DNA from: Octopus vulgaris
Lineage: Eukaryota
NCBI GenBank assembly: GCA_951406725.2
Contig: OX597814.1
Coordinates: 50,096,001 to 50,160,000, forward strand
DNA length: 64,000 nt
Direction of reading: 5' to 3'
Positions 40,201-53,163 of the stretch are shown here, piece after piece. Positions within the stretch are counted from its first letter, which is position 1. The number at the start of each line of letters is the position of its first letter. The position numbers and the translations under genes were made by a program. Below the pieces are notes generated by a model. That model saw nothing but the letters and a program-made list of their open reading frames with translations. It ran no database searches and was not told where the DNA came from.

Positions 40201-41599
40201 CAGGATAGTACATTAAAGTAATCCACAGAACATTGTATCACGTGTAAATGAGTTGTGCCTAGGTATTTCAATTTTAAGTAGTAAGAACACTGCGACCTTG
40301 GTACAGGTGAATTTTAAGCAAGAATGTAACCAATTTGTTTAATTGTCATCCCAAACTACCGAGAAACTCTTGCTGGACATGATTTCATACTGTGACTTAA
40401 AATACATGAAGAAAAAATGGCCTAAAATAAAATTTGTTGAACCTGGAAAAATAAGAAAATTTTTAACCGCCTCCGTCTCAGTCTAGAAAAGTTATATTAT
40501 GTGTTAGTCAGAGTGGTGTCCTCGTTTTGATCGATACCACTCCGACTAATACGTGATATAAAAATTCCTCATCTCAGAAATATAGAATTGAACAAATTAT
40601 ATTGCCCGCCGTTGTATATACTAAGCTTTAACTAATAAAGTAGCTTTGCAAAAACTATGGTCTAAAGAGGAACAAATTTTCTTTATTTGAAATTTAGAAA
40701 AATTCAGCTTAAGATTTTGAGTTATGGCTTATCGTCTAAAGATATCACGCAAATTTTACAACATTTCTTGTTCAGCGAGTGTGTCATGAGACAGTAACAA
40801 TAACATCATGGGTATTATGAACAACAGATCATCAGAAAAGTCAAAGATAGAGAAGTAGAGTACTTGCTTGTATGCGAGAGATAGTAAGTTACATATCTGC
40901 TGTATACGTGTGTATATGGCTGCTTTTGCACTTGTTTGCGAGATTATGAACTACAATAGTGTAGTGCATCTGTTCGATATGTTATTGTTTATTTATTTCT
41001 TCTTTGTCATTTTTAATAAACCCATTTTCATTATTTGTCCATATTTGATGTGATTTTGTCGGAACAAAGGTAAATCAGAAGGATTTAGAACTTTAGTTTC
41101 TTCTGTGTTGTTCATTGGTATAAATGTTCTAGTGGATTCTGTCTGGTATTAGTACTTTCTATTCGTTGCTTATGAATAGTTTATTTTCCTTTGCCTGTGT
41201 AATAGTTGTTGTATGTAATAACAGTTTATTTTTTTTGACAAATAGGTGAAATGAAATTTTGCATTGAAAATATGGCATGCCTTCTAGATAAACACACATA
41301 CACATAAATAATATGTGTATGTGCATTCATAATGTATTCCCTGTACTTAAAAGACACAATTACCTTTTCTGTTTACAATTGTGATAAGACATTTTTAACA
41401 GCACCTACTTCTCCTTCGAAAACCTAATAGATGATGCAAGTTTCTGATTAAAAAAAAAGCTAAGCTGCATCTCTTGATTCAGAAAAATTCTCTAATGTTC
41501 ATACAACATTGCGTTCGCCATTTATATAGCTTTACGATTGCATAACCTGCACTGAACTTATGACGTTATTTAAATAGGTTAGCCAGAAACATCCTTTCG

Positions 41600-42818
41600 T
41601 CTTTATGCAAGTTTGCTAAGGTCATAAATGAATATAAAAAATTTCAAAAGTTTACAAATACCAATGCTTAAAAGTTCTTTTCATTAGATGCACATCAATT
41701 GAACAAATAGTGAACAGAATATTTTGAAGAATGGCCTGCATGTTGCTGTTCTTCACTTCTGCAGCTTTGGAAGACTGTGTTTGTATGGTAACAAGAATTT
41801 TAGATGTATTGCAAAAACCGTTATAAAAGTGTATTTTGTTTACTTAAGTTGCATTTTGAGTGACGGTTTAATTTGGAGTTAATGTAACCTAAACTTGATT
41901 TGCAGTTTCAAGCAGAAATATTTACAATTCATATGTTAAAGATTTTTTGTGTTAAAGAGATTCTGTATAATTTTATCAAACTAGAAATGTTGACATCTAA
42001 ATATATTAGTAGAATTAATATTAATGACACTTAAGGTTAGTTGCAATTTATGGTAATTCCACTGTAGAAAGTATATAATTCAAGAGAAAGTTCTCAAAAG
42101 ACACTGCAAGAACTTGGAGTAAATTTTTTTAAATATCTGTTTGTCTTACAAAGCAGATGCTTCATTTCTTTTTTATCTTGTGAACTGAGTGTGAAGTTCA
42201 CAAGAGGAAAATGATGCTTGAGGCTTTGGACATAAAACAAGATGTTTCATTTGTTATGATATTTTCTAAGTAGTCTGTGAAGAAATTTAAGGACGAATTG
42301 ATAATGAATGGAGGGACCTGATACTGCAAAATCGACCTCCAGATGCAGAAAAATTTTGGTTTAGCATGTCTCCAGACGGTTACGGCCAAAAAATTCGCTT
42401 CTCTTTTTTATCAAAAATTTATATATTAACCTATTTTTACTACACTATTATGCAGTGAAGTTCAATGTTGCTGAGTCTCTTAGTCAACATTAAAGTTCAA
42501 AATAGCGCTTTTTAGGAACTATTTCGCGTTAAATACATTGAGAAGATCTAGATCTTATTAAAAATCCAGTGCATTAACTACATGAAAAGGAGACCATGAA
42601 AGGCTTCGTGTCACAATACATGATATATTAAGTATATAATTATTTATATACTTAATATATCATGTATATATGAAAATATTAAATGTCTTTTTTTTCTGAT
42701 TAATATGTTTTATAATGTTTTTGTATTGATATTTAAAATACAGCGCGTTTTGCATTTGTTTTTGTATTTTTCCGTACAAATTTTGGTACTATCCCGAAAT
42801 AGACTTTGGCAACACTGA
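41600..42818 (+). mobile_element. Decayed hAT-like DNA transposon remnant
   Basis: Transposase-like fragments in several frames; terminus TTGGCAACACTG (reverse complement CAGTGTTGCCAA) resembles a hAT TIR. Confidence 0.35.
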
Positions 42819-43544
42819 TTACAACAATAAATAGAAGAATTTGGTAGCAAGCAGCTTACTTTTACTCTATGCCGTTCAATCTTCTACCCTATACTCACAA
42901 TAAAAAATAACAACTTTACGAACTGAAATCTATATACGTTTATATCAAAACCAATGCATTATTGATACTTTTTTGCATGACTTTAATGCAAAAGGACAGC
43001 TGACACATTGTGCTATATTTTCAGGACTACCAGGATTGGTGGACAGGAAGGAAAACGTCATTCTCACTCCAAAGAGCTCACTCAAAATCCAAGGTAGATT
43101 TAAGTTCGCTAAATGTTTAAGAAGTGGTGGTGTTAGATTGGGCAATGAATTAAGTCTACCGCACACTAATATTCTCTTAATGAAAAAATCCGAAGTTAAC
43201 CCAGATGGCATTTAAAATAAAATAATAACAAACAGAAAATAAATACAGTAAACCATTTAGTTTCTCTCACTAGCGCTTCTATTAATACATATCTATAGCC
43301 ACTATTACATATTAACAATTTAGACGTTGTTTTGCCTCAGCTTAACCAAGACTGTGTAGAACATTAATTAATTGCTTTCGATTTATAAGCACATAGAATT
43401 TATATTCAAGCACAATGTACATCAGACTACATTATCCAAAGTAAACTTTCTACATTTTACGAAATCAAGATGTTACTGGGGTAGATTTGGCTGCTTTTTC
43501 CAGCATGCTGAGAGGTTTTGTTGACGCTCTATCATTGGCTCTAT

Positions 43545-44700
43545 GAGAAGTAATCTAATACTTCACTATCGTCAACTGTACAGTGAACGATCTGAAGAAA
43601 CTAGACGCCAAAACACGGAAAGCAATGGAGAAAATGCATCACTCAAAAACAAATATTGACAGATTGTATCTTCCAAGAGATGGTACCCAAAATCTTTTCC
43701 GGCTAGAGCTAACATACAATTCCGCTACTATAGGGCCAGAGAAGTATCCTGAAAGTAGAGAGACCTCTCTACCACAAATAGTAAAAAATCACGATGTGGG
43801 GTGGGGAATTGTCTGCTTCATTACAAAAGAGGCCAAAAAGTACAGCGAAGAACTGGAAACTCCAGAATTACAACCTACTGAGCTTCAGAAGATCTCCAGT
43901 TATGCCCGAAGAGTGACATTAGACGGTTAAAAATAAATGAAAAAAAAACAAATTGGAAAGAAAAATTGGAAAATAAGGAAATGTATGGAAAATACACAAC
44001 AGAAGTAAAGGTAAGGGAGACAATCAAGGGACACACAAATGGCTTAAAGCAGTTGGCCTCAAATCAGGACAGATGTCTCGTCATTGCTGCACAAGACCAG
44101 AGCCTTCCAATAAAAATAGTAAAAACGGCACCGACACCCACTGTGTAGGATGTGTAGAATGTTGGTCACCTTATCTATCGTTGCCCTAAACTTGTTAAGA
44201 TAGAATACAATCAATGTTACAAAAAGGCAGTTGCATACATCCACTGGACGGCCTGCAATGAATATAATAACATCATGATAATCGAGAAATGGCATGACCA
44301 TCAATCGCAAACATTCATGGAAGATAAGAACGCCGCCAATCTATGGGATACACCTATTTATGCAGACAAGAAAATAACAGCAAGCCGTCCGCGCTGGATT
44401 ATTAGGTATTGGGAATAAACACCATCAGAAAGAAATACATCTGCAAAAGTCACCGAAAAATTATCAAAGTACTAAGACTTAGAGATAGAAATAAACCGGA
44501 TGAGAGGAATGAAAATGAACTCTAAAATGACACCTATCGTTATCGATGCTCTAGGATTGCGTAAATTCACCGAGAAACTATCTGGTAACATCAACATCCG
44601 TGAGCTCAAGAAGATCAGTTACCTGAAAATAGTCCACATACTCAGAAAGATGCGCTAGATTCGATGGTAACAACACATCATTTGACGCCTTAGAACCATT
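43545..44700 (+). mobile_element. Decayed R4/Dong-type RLE retroelement
   Basis: LDAKTRK..MHHSKTNIDRLYLPR, MYGKY, VIAAQDQ, CRMC, LWDTPI.ADK..ASRP and KYKDLEIEI-like motifs. Confidence 0.8.
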
Positions 44701-44743
44701 GAGTGGATCCCGTTTGAATGAGGAAAGAGCAGTAAAACGAATG

Positions 44744-44790
<47 letters not shown>

Positions 44791-44869
44791 CACGACCACG
44801 ACCACGACCACCACGACCACCACCACTAATAATAATAATAGTAATAATAGTAATAATAGTAATAATAGT

Positions 44870-45062
44870 AATATCGATGAGCTCCAATAATCCAACATGT
44901 TGGGAACAGCCCACACACTGAGAAAGGTGTTTTCCATTAAATAGAAACAACAAACCCTTTGGCGCCGTAGGGCCAAAAAGTCTACGGATAAACTGATGAG
45001 AAAGACACTCACAGGGACAATATTTCCCATTAAACACAAGCTACGAACGAAAAACTTTGTCA
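44870..45062 (+). mobile_element. R4/Dong-type 3'-terminal fragment after a TAA-like array
   Basis: IDELQ*SNMLGTAHTLRKVFSIK followed by 3' UTR. Confidence 0.65.
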
Positions 45063-45388
45063 TCATAAGAAATCACACAAATGTAGAGCGATCAACTGTA
45101 AATTTATATTGAACACATAAACGGTATATTGCAGCATACCATTAACGTTTTAAATACCCTTCTTCCACAAGATCTGCAATCATTCTGTTTATTAGCAGAA
45201 AGCCATGAATGGCTATTTCGTCAGAAATCTTCAGAATGACAGTAATATAGATAACCAAATAAGTTTATAAAGGATCAACGACTATTGTATCAGCTTTCAT
45301 TTTGATAGATATGCTTTTGCAATTTAGGAGCAGGAAACACTATACCTGCTGTAGAAAAGGCATAGAGATGCTTGTAAAATATGTACAT

Positions 45389-45508
45389 GCTTACGGCCAT
45401 ATCACGTTGAAAGCACCGGTTCTCGTCCGATCACCGAAGTTAAGCAACGTCGAGCGTAGTGAGTACTTAGATGGATGACCGCTTGGGAAACCTAGGTGCA
45501 GTAAGCGT
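45389..45508 (+). rRNA. 5S: 5S rRNA copy (dispersed, probably retroposed)
   Basis: GCTTACGGCCATATCACGTTGAAAGCACCGGTTCTCGTCCGATCACCGAAGTTAAGCAACG...GGATGACCGCTTGGGAA...GTAAGC. Terminal stem GCTTAC/GTAAGC; T5 at 45518-45522. Confidence 0.93.
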
Positions 45509-45522
45509 CACACATTGTTTTT

Positions 45523-45951
45523 AGGCGTAGGAGTGGCTGTGTGGTAAGTAGATTGCTTACGAACCACATGGTTCCGGGTTCAGTCCTTCAGCGTGGCACC
45601 TTGGGCAAGTGCCTTCTACTATAGCCTCGGGCCGACCAAAGCCTTGTGAGTGGATTTGGTAGACGGAAACTGAAAGAAGCCCGTCGCATATGTGTATATA
45701 TTTATATATATGTATGTGTGTGTGTGTATATGTTTGTGTGTCTGTGTTTGTACCTTCAACATCGCTTCACAACCGATGCTGGTGCGCTTACGTCCCCGTA
45801 ACTTAGCGGTTCGACAAAAGAGACCGATAGAATAAGTACTGGGCTTACAAAGAATAAGTCCCGGAGTCGATTTGCTCGACTAAAGGCGGTGCTCCAGCAT
45901 GGCCACGGTCAAATGATTGAAACAAGTAAAAGAGCAAAAGAGTAAAAGAGT
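45523..45951 (+). mobile_element. tRNA-derived SINE family A, full length
   Basis: Closely similar to 9600-10022; starts immediately after the 5S T-run. Confidence 0.92.
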
Positions 45952-46778
45952 ATGTGATAACGGGACCGGTGAAGACTGAGAAACTAACAAAATATGTGAC
46001 TCATAACATAAGTATATGCCTTTGGGTGACATCACGATACTATTTCTCCATGCGACATGCTATTGTGTACGACATACAATACATTACAATTCAACAATAC
46101 AATCTACAAAGGGTAGTACTGAATATAGAAATAGAGTAATACGTATCGAAATAGAGTGATGCATATAGAATTTACAGTAATGTAGAGATCACGCATTCTC
46201 ACACATAATATGGAAGGATACTTGAGGAAAGAGCTTGCCAAATAGTGAAGCGTAAACATTACACAGCATCACATAGGTTCTAGAAGAAAGAAAACTGTGT
46301 GTCAGATGTCCGGGATTGGTGGAAAGTAAAGATGGTTAAAGTTAATGAAAACTAAAACAGCTGTTGAATCAAAGAAAAACCTGTAGATATTATGACAAGA
46401 ACATCTACATCTCCCATTATATTGCATTTGTTTATAAAGCTAACTGCCTCAGTAACTGCAATGGAAATTACAATTACAAACAGCTTTGTCTGATATCCTA
46501 TGTCTTCCCACATCCAAAGGCTTGTTAAGATTTTCTCTACAAATATTCTATAGAAATTATAGCCAGCACTGATTTTTCTTACGGTTTCATATCTGAGACG
46601 TCTGATGTAAACAGACAATGGGATCGAAGATGAAAAAGGGGGTAATGGGAGTTTATACCATATTTCAGGAGATTTTGCCCCTTCATCAGCACCCAGGCTG
46701 TGAAAATATTCGTATTAATTCGAGTAGCGTATGTTGTAGCATTTTTCCAGAAATAATTTTAATATTCATAAGCAGGTA

Positions 46779-46892
<114 letters not shown>

Positions 46893-47236
46893 GCTATCTA
46901 TCTATCTATCTATCTATCACAATCTCTTTAACTTTCTCCTCTCTCTGTATATACATACATTAATGTATATCTGCAGATGTCTGTGTGTATGTATATGAGC
47001 TCTGAAGGTGAACCTCATAGTAATCGAGCAAGAATCTGATTGTACGTAAACTAAACAGTTTTAACAGAGATTCTTTCCCTACTTCTGTTATTGGATATAT
47101 CAAATCATCTTTTCAGGTGTTTACGTTTTCACTCATCTGTATGTGTCTAAACAAATAACTATAATTATCTATCTACCTATCCATCTGTCTGTCTGTCTGT
47201 CTATCTTTCTTTCTGTGTGGGTGTATATACATGTGC

Positions 47237-47281
<45 letters not shown>

Positions 47282-47301
47282 AAAATATATATGCAGAATA
47301 T

Positions 47302-47443
<142 letters not shown>

Positions 47444-47467
47444 AGAACAAAGTGAACAAAGTGTTCG

Positions 47468-47499
<32 letters not shown>

Positions 47500-48127
47500 C
47501 ACGCACACGTGTATGCGTGTGTGCGTGTATGTGTATGTGTACGAACGTGTGTGCGTGTGTATGTGCGTGTGTGTGTGTGTGTGTGTGTGTGAGTACGTGG
47601 TTCTATAGAATGCGGCCATTATTTCTAAAATTTTCTCCATCTCCACTACCGCACACGGAAACGACACCCTAAAGAGTCATTGTTTTCCCGACTTTATTCC
47701 TTCACCCCCCCACCGCTTACATAACTGGCTAACTAACAACGTTATGGTCACTATCGCCAGCTTTAGGAATACATCTATTTAATCAGTAGTCTCTGCGCTA
47801 ACAAATTATACAACAGTTATTTTATATGTATAGCTTGCCATTTGTTACATTCACAATGATCAAACTGACACTCCCCTCCCACCAACACCATACAAAACAC
47901 ACACACACACACACTCGGCACTGCCTCTCTTTTATTTCTCGTTCCTCGTTCTTCTTCGTTGTTTCTCTTCCATTTTACCCTTTTTATTTCTTATATCATG
48001 CCCTCTATATCTTGCTACTTATGATTTCTCTCTCTCTCTCTCTCTCTCTCACTGTCACACGCGCGCGCTTCCAGTTCTCCTCTATTTCTTTTTATATCTT
48101 TCTTCATTTTTTTATATTTCACTACCT

Positions 48128-48161
<34 letters not shown>

Positions 48162-49247
48162 GCACTCTCTCTCTCTAACTATCTCTCTTTCTTTTTTCTT
48201 TCTGTCTTCCTAAGTTTCTTTCTTTCGTTCTTTGAGTCTTCTTCTCTCTCTCACTCACACTCTCTCTATTTTTTCCTCCCTCTTTGTTCTTCGTATTAAT
48301 TTAGCACTACTATACTTTCTTTCCCATGATATTACCCATCGTATATATACATATACGTATATACATAGTTTTATTTCTTTCTATCATCCCCGCTTTTAAT
48401 AACTTAGACAAACACTTTTCTCTTTTTCTTCTCCTCTCTCCTCTCTCTATTTTACTTCACTCTCTACTCCTTGTTCTCTATCCATTCCTATCTCTTATTC
48501 ACATATACAGTTTACACTGCTCTCCCTGTTGATATCATCTTTCCTTCTTTCTCTCTCTGTCCTTCCTTCGATGCCTCTCCTCTCTCTTTCACTCTCTGTC
48601 TCTTTTCCCTTCCTCTTCCCTATATCACTCTCCTGTTCTTTTCATTCGTAATAGTTACTCGTGCCAAATTTTATATTAGCTCCAATGTCTCTTTACCATT
48701 TATTTGTTAGTCATCTCACATTTGTTCTATAACGTTAAGTCACTTTTGGGGCTTACTACTAGACCAGGGATCATCTCTTTATCAATGCGAGGATTTAGCA
48801 GATAAAATATAGATTCTGTTTATCAGCACTAACCCAAGGGGACATAGCGAATGCCATCTGTGTTTGTGTCCCTTTGTACTTTGGTAAATATATCATCGAA
48901 CTCTCTTTTGGTATTTTGCTTCAATTAGTTCCAGAGCAGGTTGTCCCTCTGCTGCGTTCGAAATGATTGGCCCCAAAGGTTACTTGGTTTGATCTGCTAC
49001 ACAGATTAAGTTTATAAATTAATAGTAGGTGAGCAATTTCCCTTATGATGTTTTGACCTTGTTTAGTTCTGTGAAACAATGCCGACCGTTGAGTAATTTC
49101 GTAATGCCATAGTAGCAGTAGTACAGCTAGTTGAAATAATTCGCTTCTCTAGTATCTGGGTAATTTTATGGTAGTTTTTGCGCAATGTGCACAGACTCAC
49201 GTCAAACATATCACTAAACAACATGCCAAACGACCGAAACGGACGCG

Positions 49248-49291
<44 letters not shown>

Positions 49292-49648
49292 CATATATAT
49301 ATATACATATATATATATATACATAAATACAAGCTGTGCTCCAGCATGACCTCAATCCAGTGACTCACATGAATAATGAATTTTAAAAAAATACAGAAAT
49401 ATACACAGAATAAAACAAATACTCACGTGCTTACACAACCGTGTAACACGCAAGCATATTATATAGACATTTCGCAAGCATTCATGAATATGTACAAACT
49501 TACATATAATTACAAATCTAAATCTATACTTACATACATACCTACATACATACTTACATACATACATACATGCATACATACATACATACCTACATACATA
49601 CAAACGTACATACATACATATATACATACATACATACATACACACATA

Positions 49649-50081
49649 CTATGCTGAACTATTGAAGAATCTACAGCTACCCTATCCAGATTACAAATTC
49701 AAGTATATACGTGTAATCATTGGAGCAGTGGAATATGTAACAGACTGCCTAAATACCAATCTTGAGAAATTAGGCTTCTCAAAACTAGATAGAGAAAGCT
49801 GATTCGAAGTCTACAGATCCAAGTCATCACTGGAAATATAAAAATCTGTAAAACTTTCCAGAAGTTTATCATTTAGATATATATGAGCATGCCAAGGCAT
49901 GCAACTATAACAGGGGAATACATACTTAAAAAAGCACACACACAAATCTGCACATATACATACATACATATACAAAAATACCCTGTCGATGTTGAAATTC
50001 CAATGAAAGAGATTTGGATATAGGTTAGAAACCGGCTCTTTCTGTATTGGTTGGAAACCTTGAAATAAAACTGAATGATGA
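49649..50081 (+). mobile_element. 5'-truncated RLE retroelement 3' end inserted in (ACAT)n
   Basis: YAELLKNLQLPYPDYKFKYIRVIIGAVEYV...ITGNIKICKTFQKF* plus 3' UTR; (ACAT)n on both flanks. Confidence 0.75.
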
Positions 50082-51014
50082 CATACATTCAGGCATACAT
50101 ACCCATACATACATACATACATACATACATACATACATACATACATACATACATACATGCATCATGCATGCATATGCATGATGATTGTGAACTCGTAGAC
50201 GAGTATGACCATCACTGACAAAGCAATTTTAGGTCCAATAAGATTTGCACAACACCTTATAGACCCTCACCACTCATTTGATGTGATTGAGACACAAGCC
50301 GAGGCAAGATACTGAGTCCCAATATGGATTGCAACCTCAGTAATGTGGGAGTACCATGATCTGAAGCGCGAGTAAAAGATTCCCCCAAAGTCCAATGGCA
50401 TTCCTTGTATACCCAATTTAATATAAGTGTGACCTTTTCCTGGCACTCCCTTAAGGGTTCACCACATCTTAGAGCAGAAAAACTGTCAGTTAATGATGCT
50501 CATTGTGTAACATTTGGTTTTTCCCGTGTTATCTCTTTGTTCCTATTACCATTCTATATTTACATAACATCGTGTTCTGGGCCATACGTATAGTGAGTTC
50601 TACACCAGATTGTTAGTTCCGCGATGCGTAAAAGAAATATTAATACACGCACACAGACACAGATACATATATCGAATCTCCTGCCAGTTAACGTAGGATC
50701 CATTGACGACAATGTAAATTTCATTTGATTGAGGTATCTTTGGCCCGACGAGTAGCTAAATCTATACTTACATACATACAGAAATATACACAGAAATTAC
50801 TACTTCCGAGGTTCTTCTAAATTACTACTTCCGAGGTTCTTCAATTCCATTATTTTGCATTTTTATTCGCATACACAGCAACCCCAGGTTATTTTATAAC
50901 CGTTACGGTTATTTCATAACCATAAGTTATAAAATAAAATTTTTCAGCTTATCGAACTTCGGCATGGGAAAGATTTACAACCTTCTATGTCAATAAACCA
51001 ATATTGTTCCTGAA

Positions 51015-51276
51015 AATAAATTTACACTATTTACATTCGACGGATATTTGTCCTCATCTTGTTTGTTGTTTAACACCTGACACCACCAAAAGAACGTTTC
51101 GGCTGATATACTCTCCAGACTTCATCAGGTGTCTTGGGGAAATTTCGAACCTGGGTTCTCATTCCCATGGTTGTTATTTTTTCGATGTTATTATTCTTAT
51201 TCAGGTCACTGCCTGGATTCGAACTTGGAATCTTGGGCTTAGTAGCCCGCACTCTTAACCACTACGTCATATGCCC
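51015..51276 (-). mobile_element. tRNA-headed SINE (family C) containing a hammerhead core
   Basis: Head GGCATATGACGTAGTGGTTAAG...GTTCGAATCC (A/B boxes, 51205-51275), followed by ACAC-CTGATGA-...-GAAA-CG-TT. Confidence 0.8.
51073..51133 (-). ncRNA. Hammerhead motif within SINE family C
   Basis: GACAC-CTGATGA-aGtCTGg agagtata tCAGcC-GAAA-CG-TT. The stem-I partner (GTGTC/GTGTT) is displaced by a short insertion. Confidence 0.65.
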
Positions 51277-52950
51277 ACGCACAATTATGGAGTGAATTTT
51301 AGGGCTTATAAATCTATCGTCTGCTTAGGAGGTTGTGTCCTAGCATACGTGCTGCTTCTTTTAGTCTTCGTATTTTCCAGTGGTGTTCTCTGTCTATTAT
51401 TTTAACTTCATCCCACAGAAGGAGGTGATCTCCATTTTCCATACATGTTCAGCTTTACCCGATTTATCAATATCTTCTAGTGTCACAGCTTTGCGATGTT
51501 CCCCTACCCTTATTTTGAGGGGGCGGCATGTTTCACCTACCACAGCCGCACTGGATAGAGTACAGGCAGTTTTTGGTCATATTCTCTTCTATTGGTGGTT
51601 TCACCCGAAGTAGATATTTGCGAAGTGTTGTATTACTCTTTTTTATACCTCATACGGACTGCTCGAAATTGAGTAACTTCCTACACTTTGATCCTTGGAC
51701 CTTACCTTTACTCACACACATACACACACACACACACACATAACTATATAGTGAAACAGCCTGTGTGAACAATTCCCAACAACTTTTTCTACCACATACT
51801 TTTTTAGTAAACCGTTGAAGACTGTTTTCTTTTAACTGTCCAGTTCCTTCCAATCACAATTGTACTATTATTACTTTGTAAACATTTTCCCTTTCCTACA
51901 TTACAATGACGTATTACAGTTTTCGTTTACTGTTTTCTTTCCTGAATATGATTTTTTCAATGAAAGAGGCTTTATTGGTGACACATTTCTGCTTTTAGAA
52001 GGTACTCTCGAAAAGTAAATTTGGTCCTAAGTAATCTAATTAGAAATTTCTACTTCTAAGTCCCGGTACACTCTATCTCCTTAGTATGATCTGTAATGGA
52101 TGATATATAGACATTTGACCCAGTTGCAATAGTCTGGTCTCTCACTGTCTAGTTTCAAACAAGACTGCATAATTTTCAACTAATTATTTTTGTCCTGGCC
52201 AAGTTAATACCCCAAATCCTCAATACAGTCTTTTACCTGCTAATATAATAGTTTTCATTAAGTATTTAAAAACCTGTAAATGATGAACTATTTCTCAATT
52301 TCCTTGCCAAGCCTGTAGGCTATGCAAGCCTAATGTTATTTTCATGCATCTTGAGTTCTTCCTTTCTTTCTTTTGTTCCCAGAAACTATGTTCTAATCAC
52401 ACCTTTCTTCAATTAGCATGGTGACTGGTACACCAATGAAGCGAAATTATTTTTCTTGCAAGAATCTTGAGTAACTGAGATTAAGCATCTTCTTTATTTT
52501 TCCCGTCAGCAAATACTTCCAATTTGACTGAACATTTCCCGTCAAACCCGCACATGGCTACCCGCTACAGTTACACATATACATATGTTATCTAACCGTT
52601 AGGCCCCGTAGCAATATAAGAAGAAAATGGATGTTGAAGAATTAATAAAAAATTACACATCTCAATGTCATGTAGTATTAAGCAATTGTCAACCTAGTGA
52701 TTTTGTATTACCATGTACCATAGTAATGATATTCTCGTGGATATTTTAAATAAAAAAAACGAATAAGATAACATGGGTGGGCTCTCGCGGTTTGATAATG
52801 AAATAACTAAATACTTTTAAATCCCTAAATTGTTCTAACAATGTAACCTTTTTGATTTTGCTTTCGTTCAGTTTGTTTTTTCTTATTACTTTTCTCTGTG
52901 TTGTAACATTTTGCACATACTACAGATTTTATCTTACGTAGTGAAATATT

Positions 52951-53163
52951 CTTTTCCACTCAAGGCACAAGGCCCGACATTTTGGGGGAGAGAGCCAGTC
53001 GATTACATCGACCCCAGTATGCAACTGGTACTTAATCTATCGACCCCGAAAGGATGAAAGGCAAAGTCGACCTCGGCGAAATTTGAAGTCAGAACGTAAA
53101 GACAGACGAAATGCCGCTAAGTATTTCGCCCGGCGTGCTAACGTTTCTATCAGTTCACCGCCT
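52951..53163 (-). mobile_element. Monomeric tRNA-SINE family B with 17-bp TSD
   Basis: TSD TTACGTAGTGAAATATT at 52934-52950 and 53164-53180. Confidence 0.92.

Larger units (their letters stand above)
45190..46260 (+). mobile_element. Decayed RLE retroelement split by the 5S+SINE insertion
   Basis: Before the insert: AMNGYF...FAI*EQE...KRHRDACKICT. After it: CDN...YVTHNISIC..TSRYYFSMRH, continuing the CCHC-RH region. Confidence 0.65.

Noticed and set aside
51205-51276. tRNA gene
   Set aside because: The acceptor stem does not pair properly; it is a SINE head.
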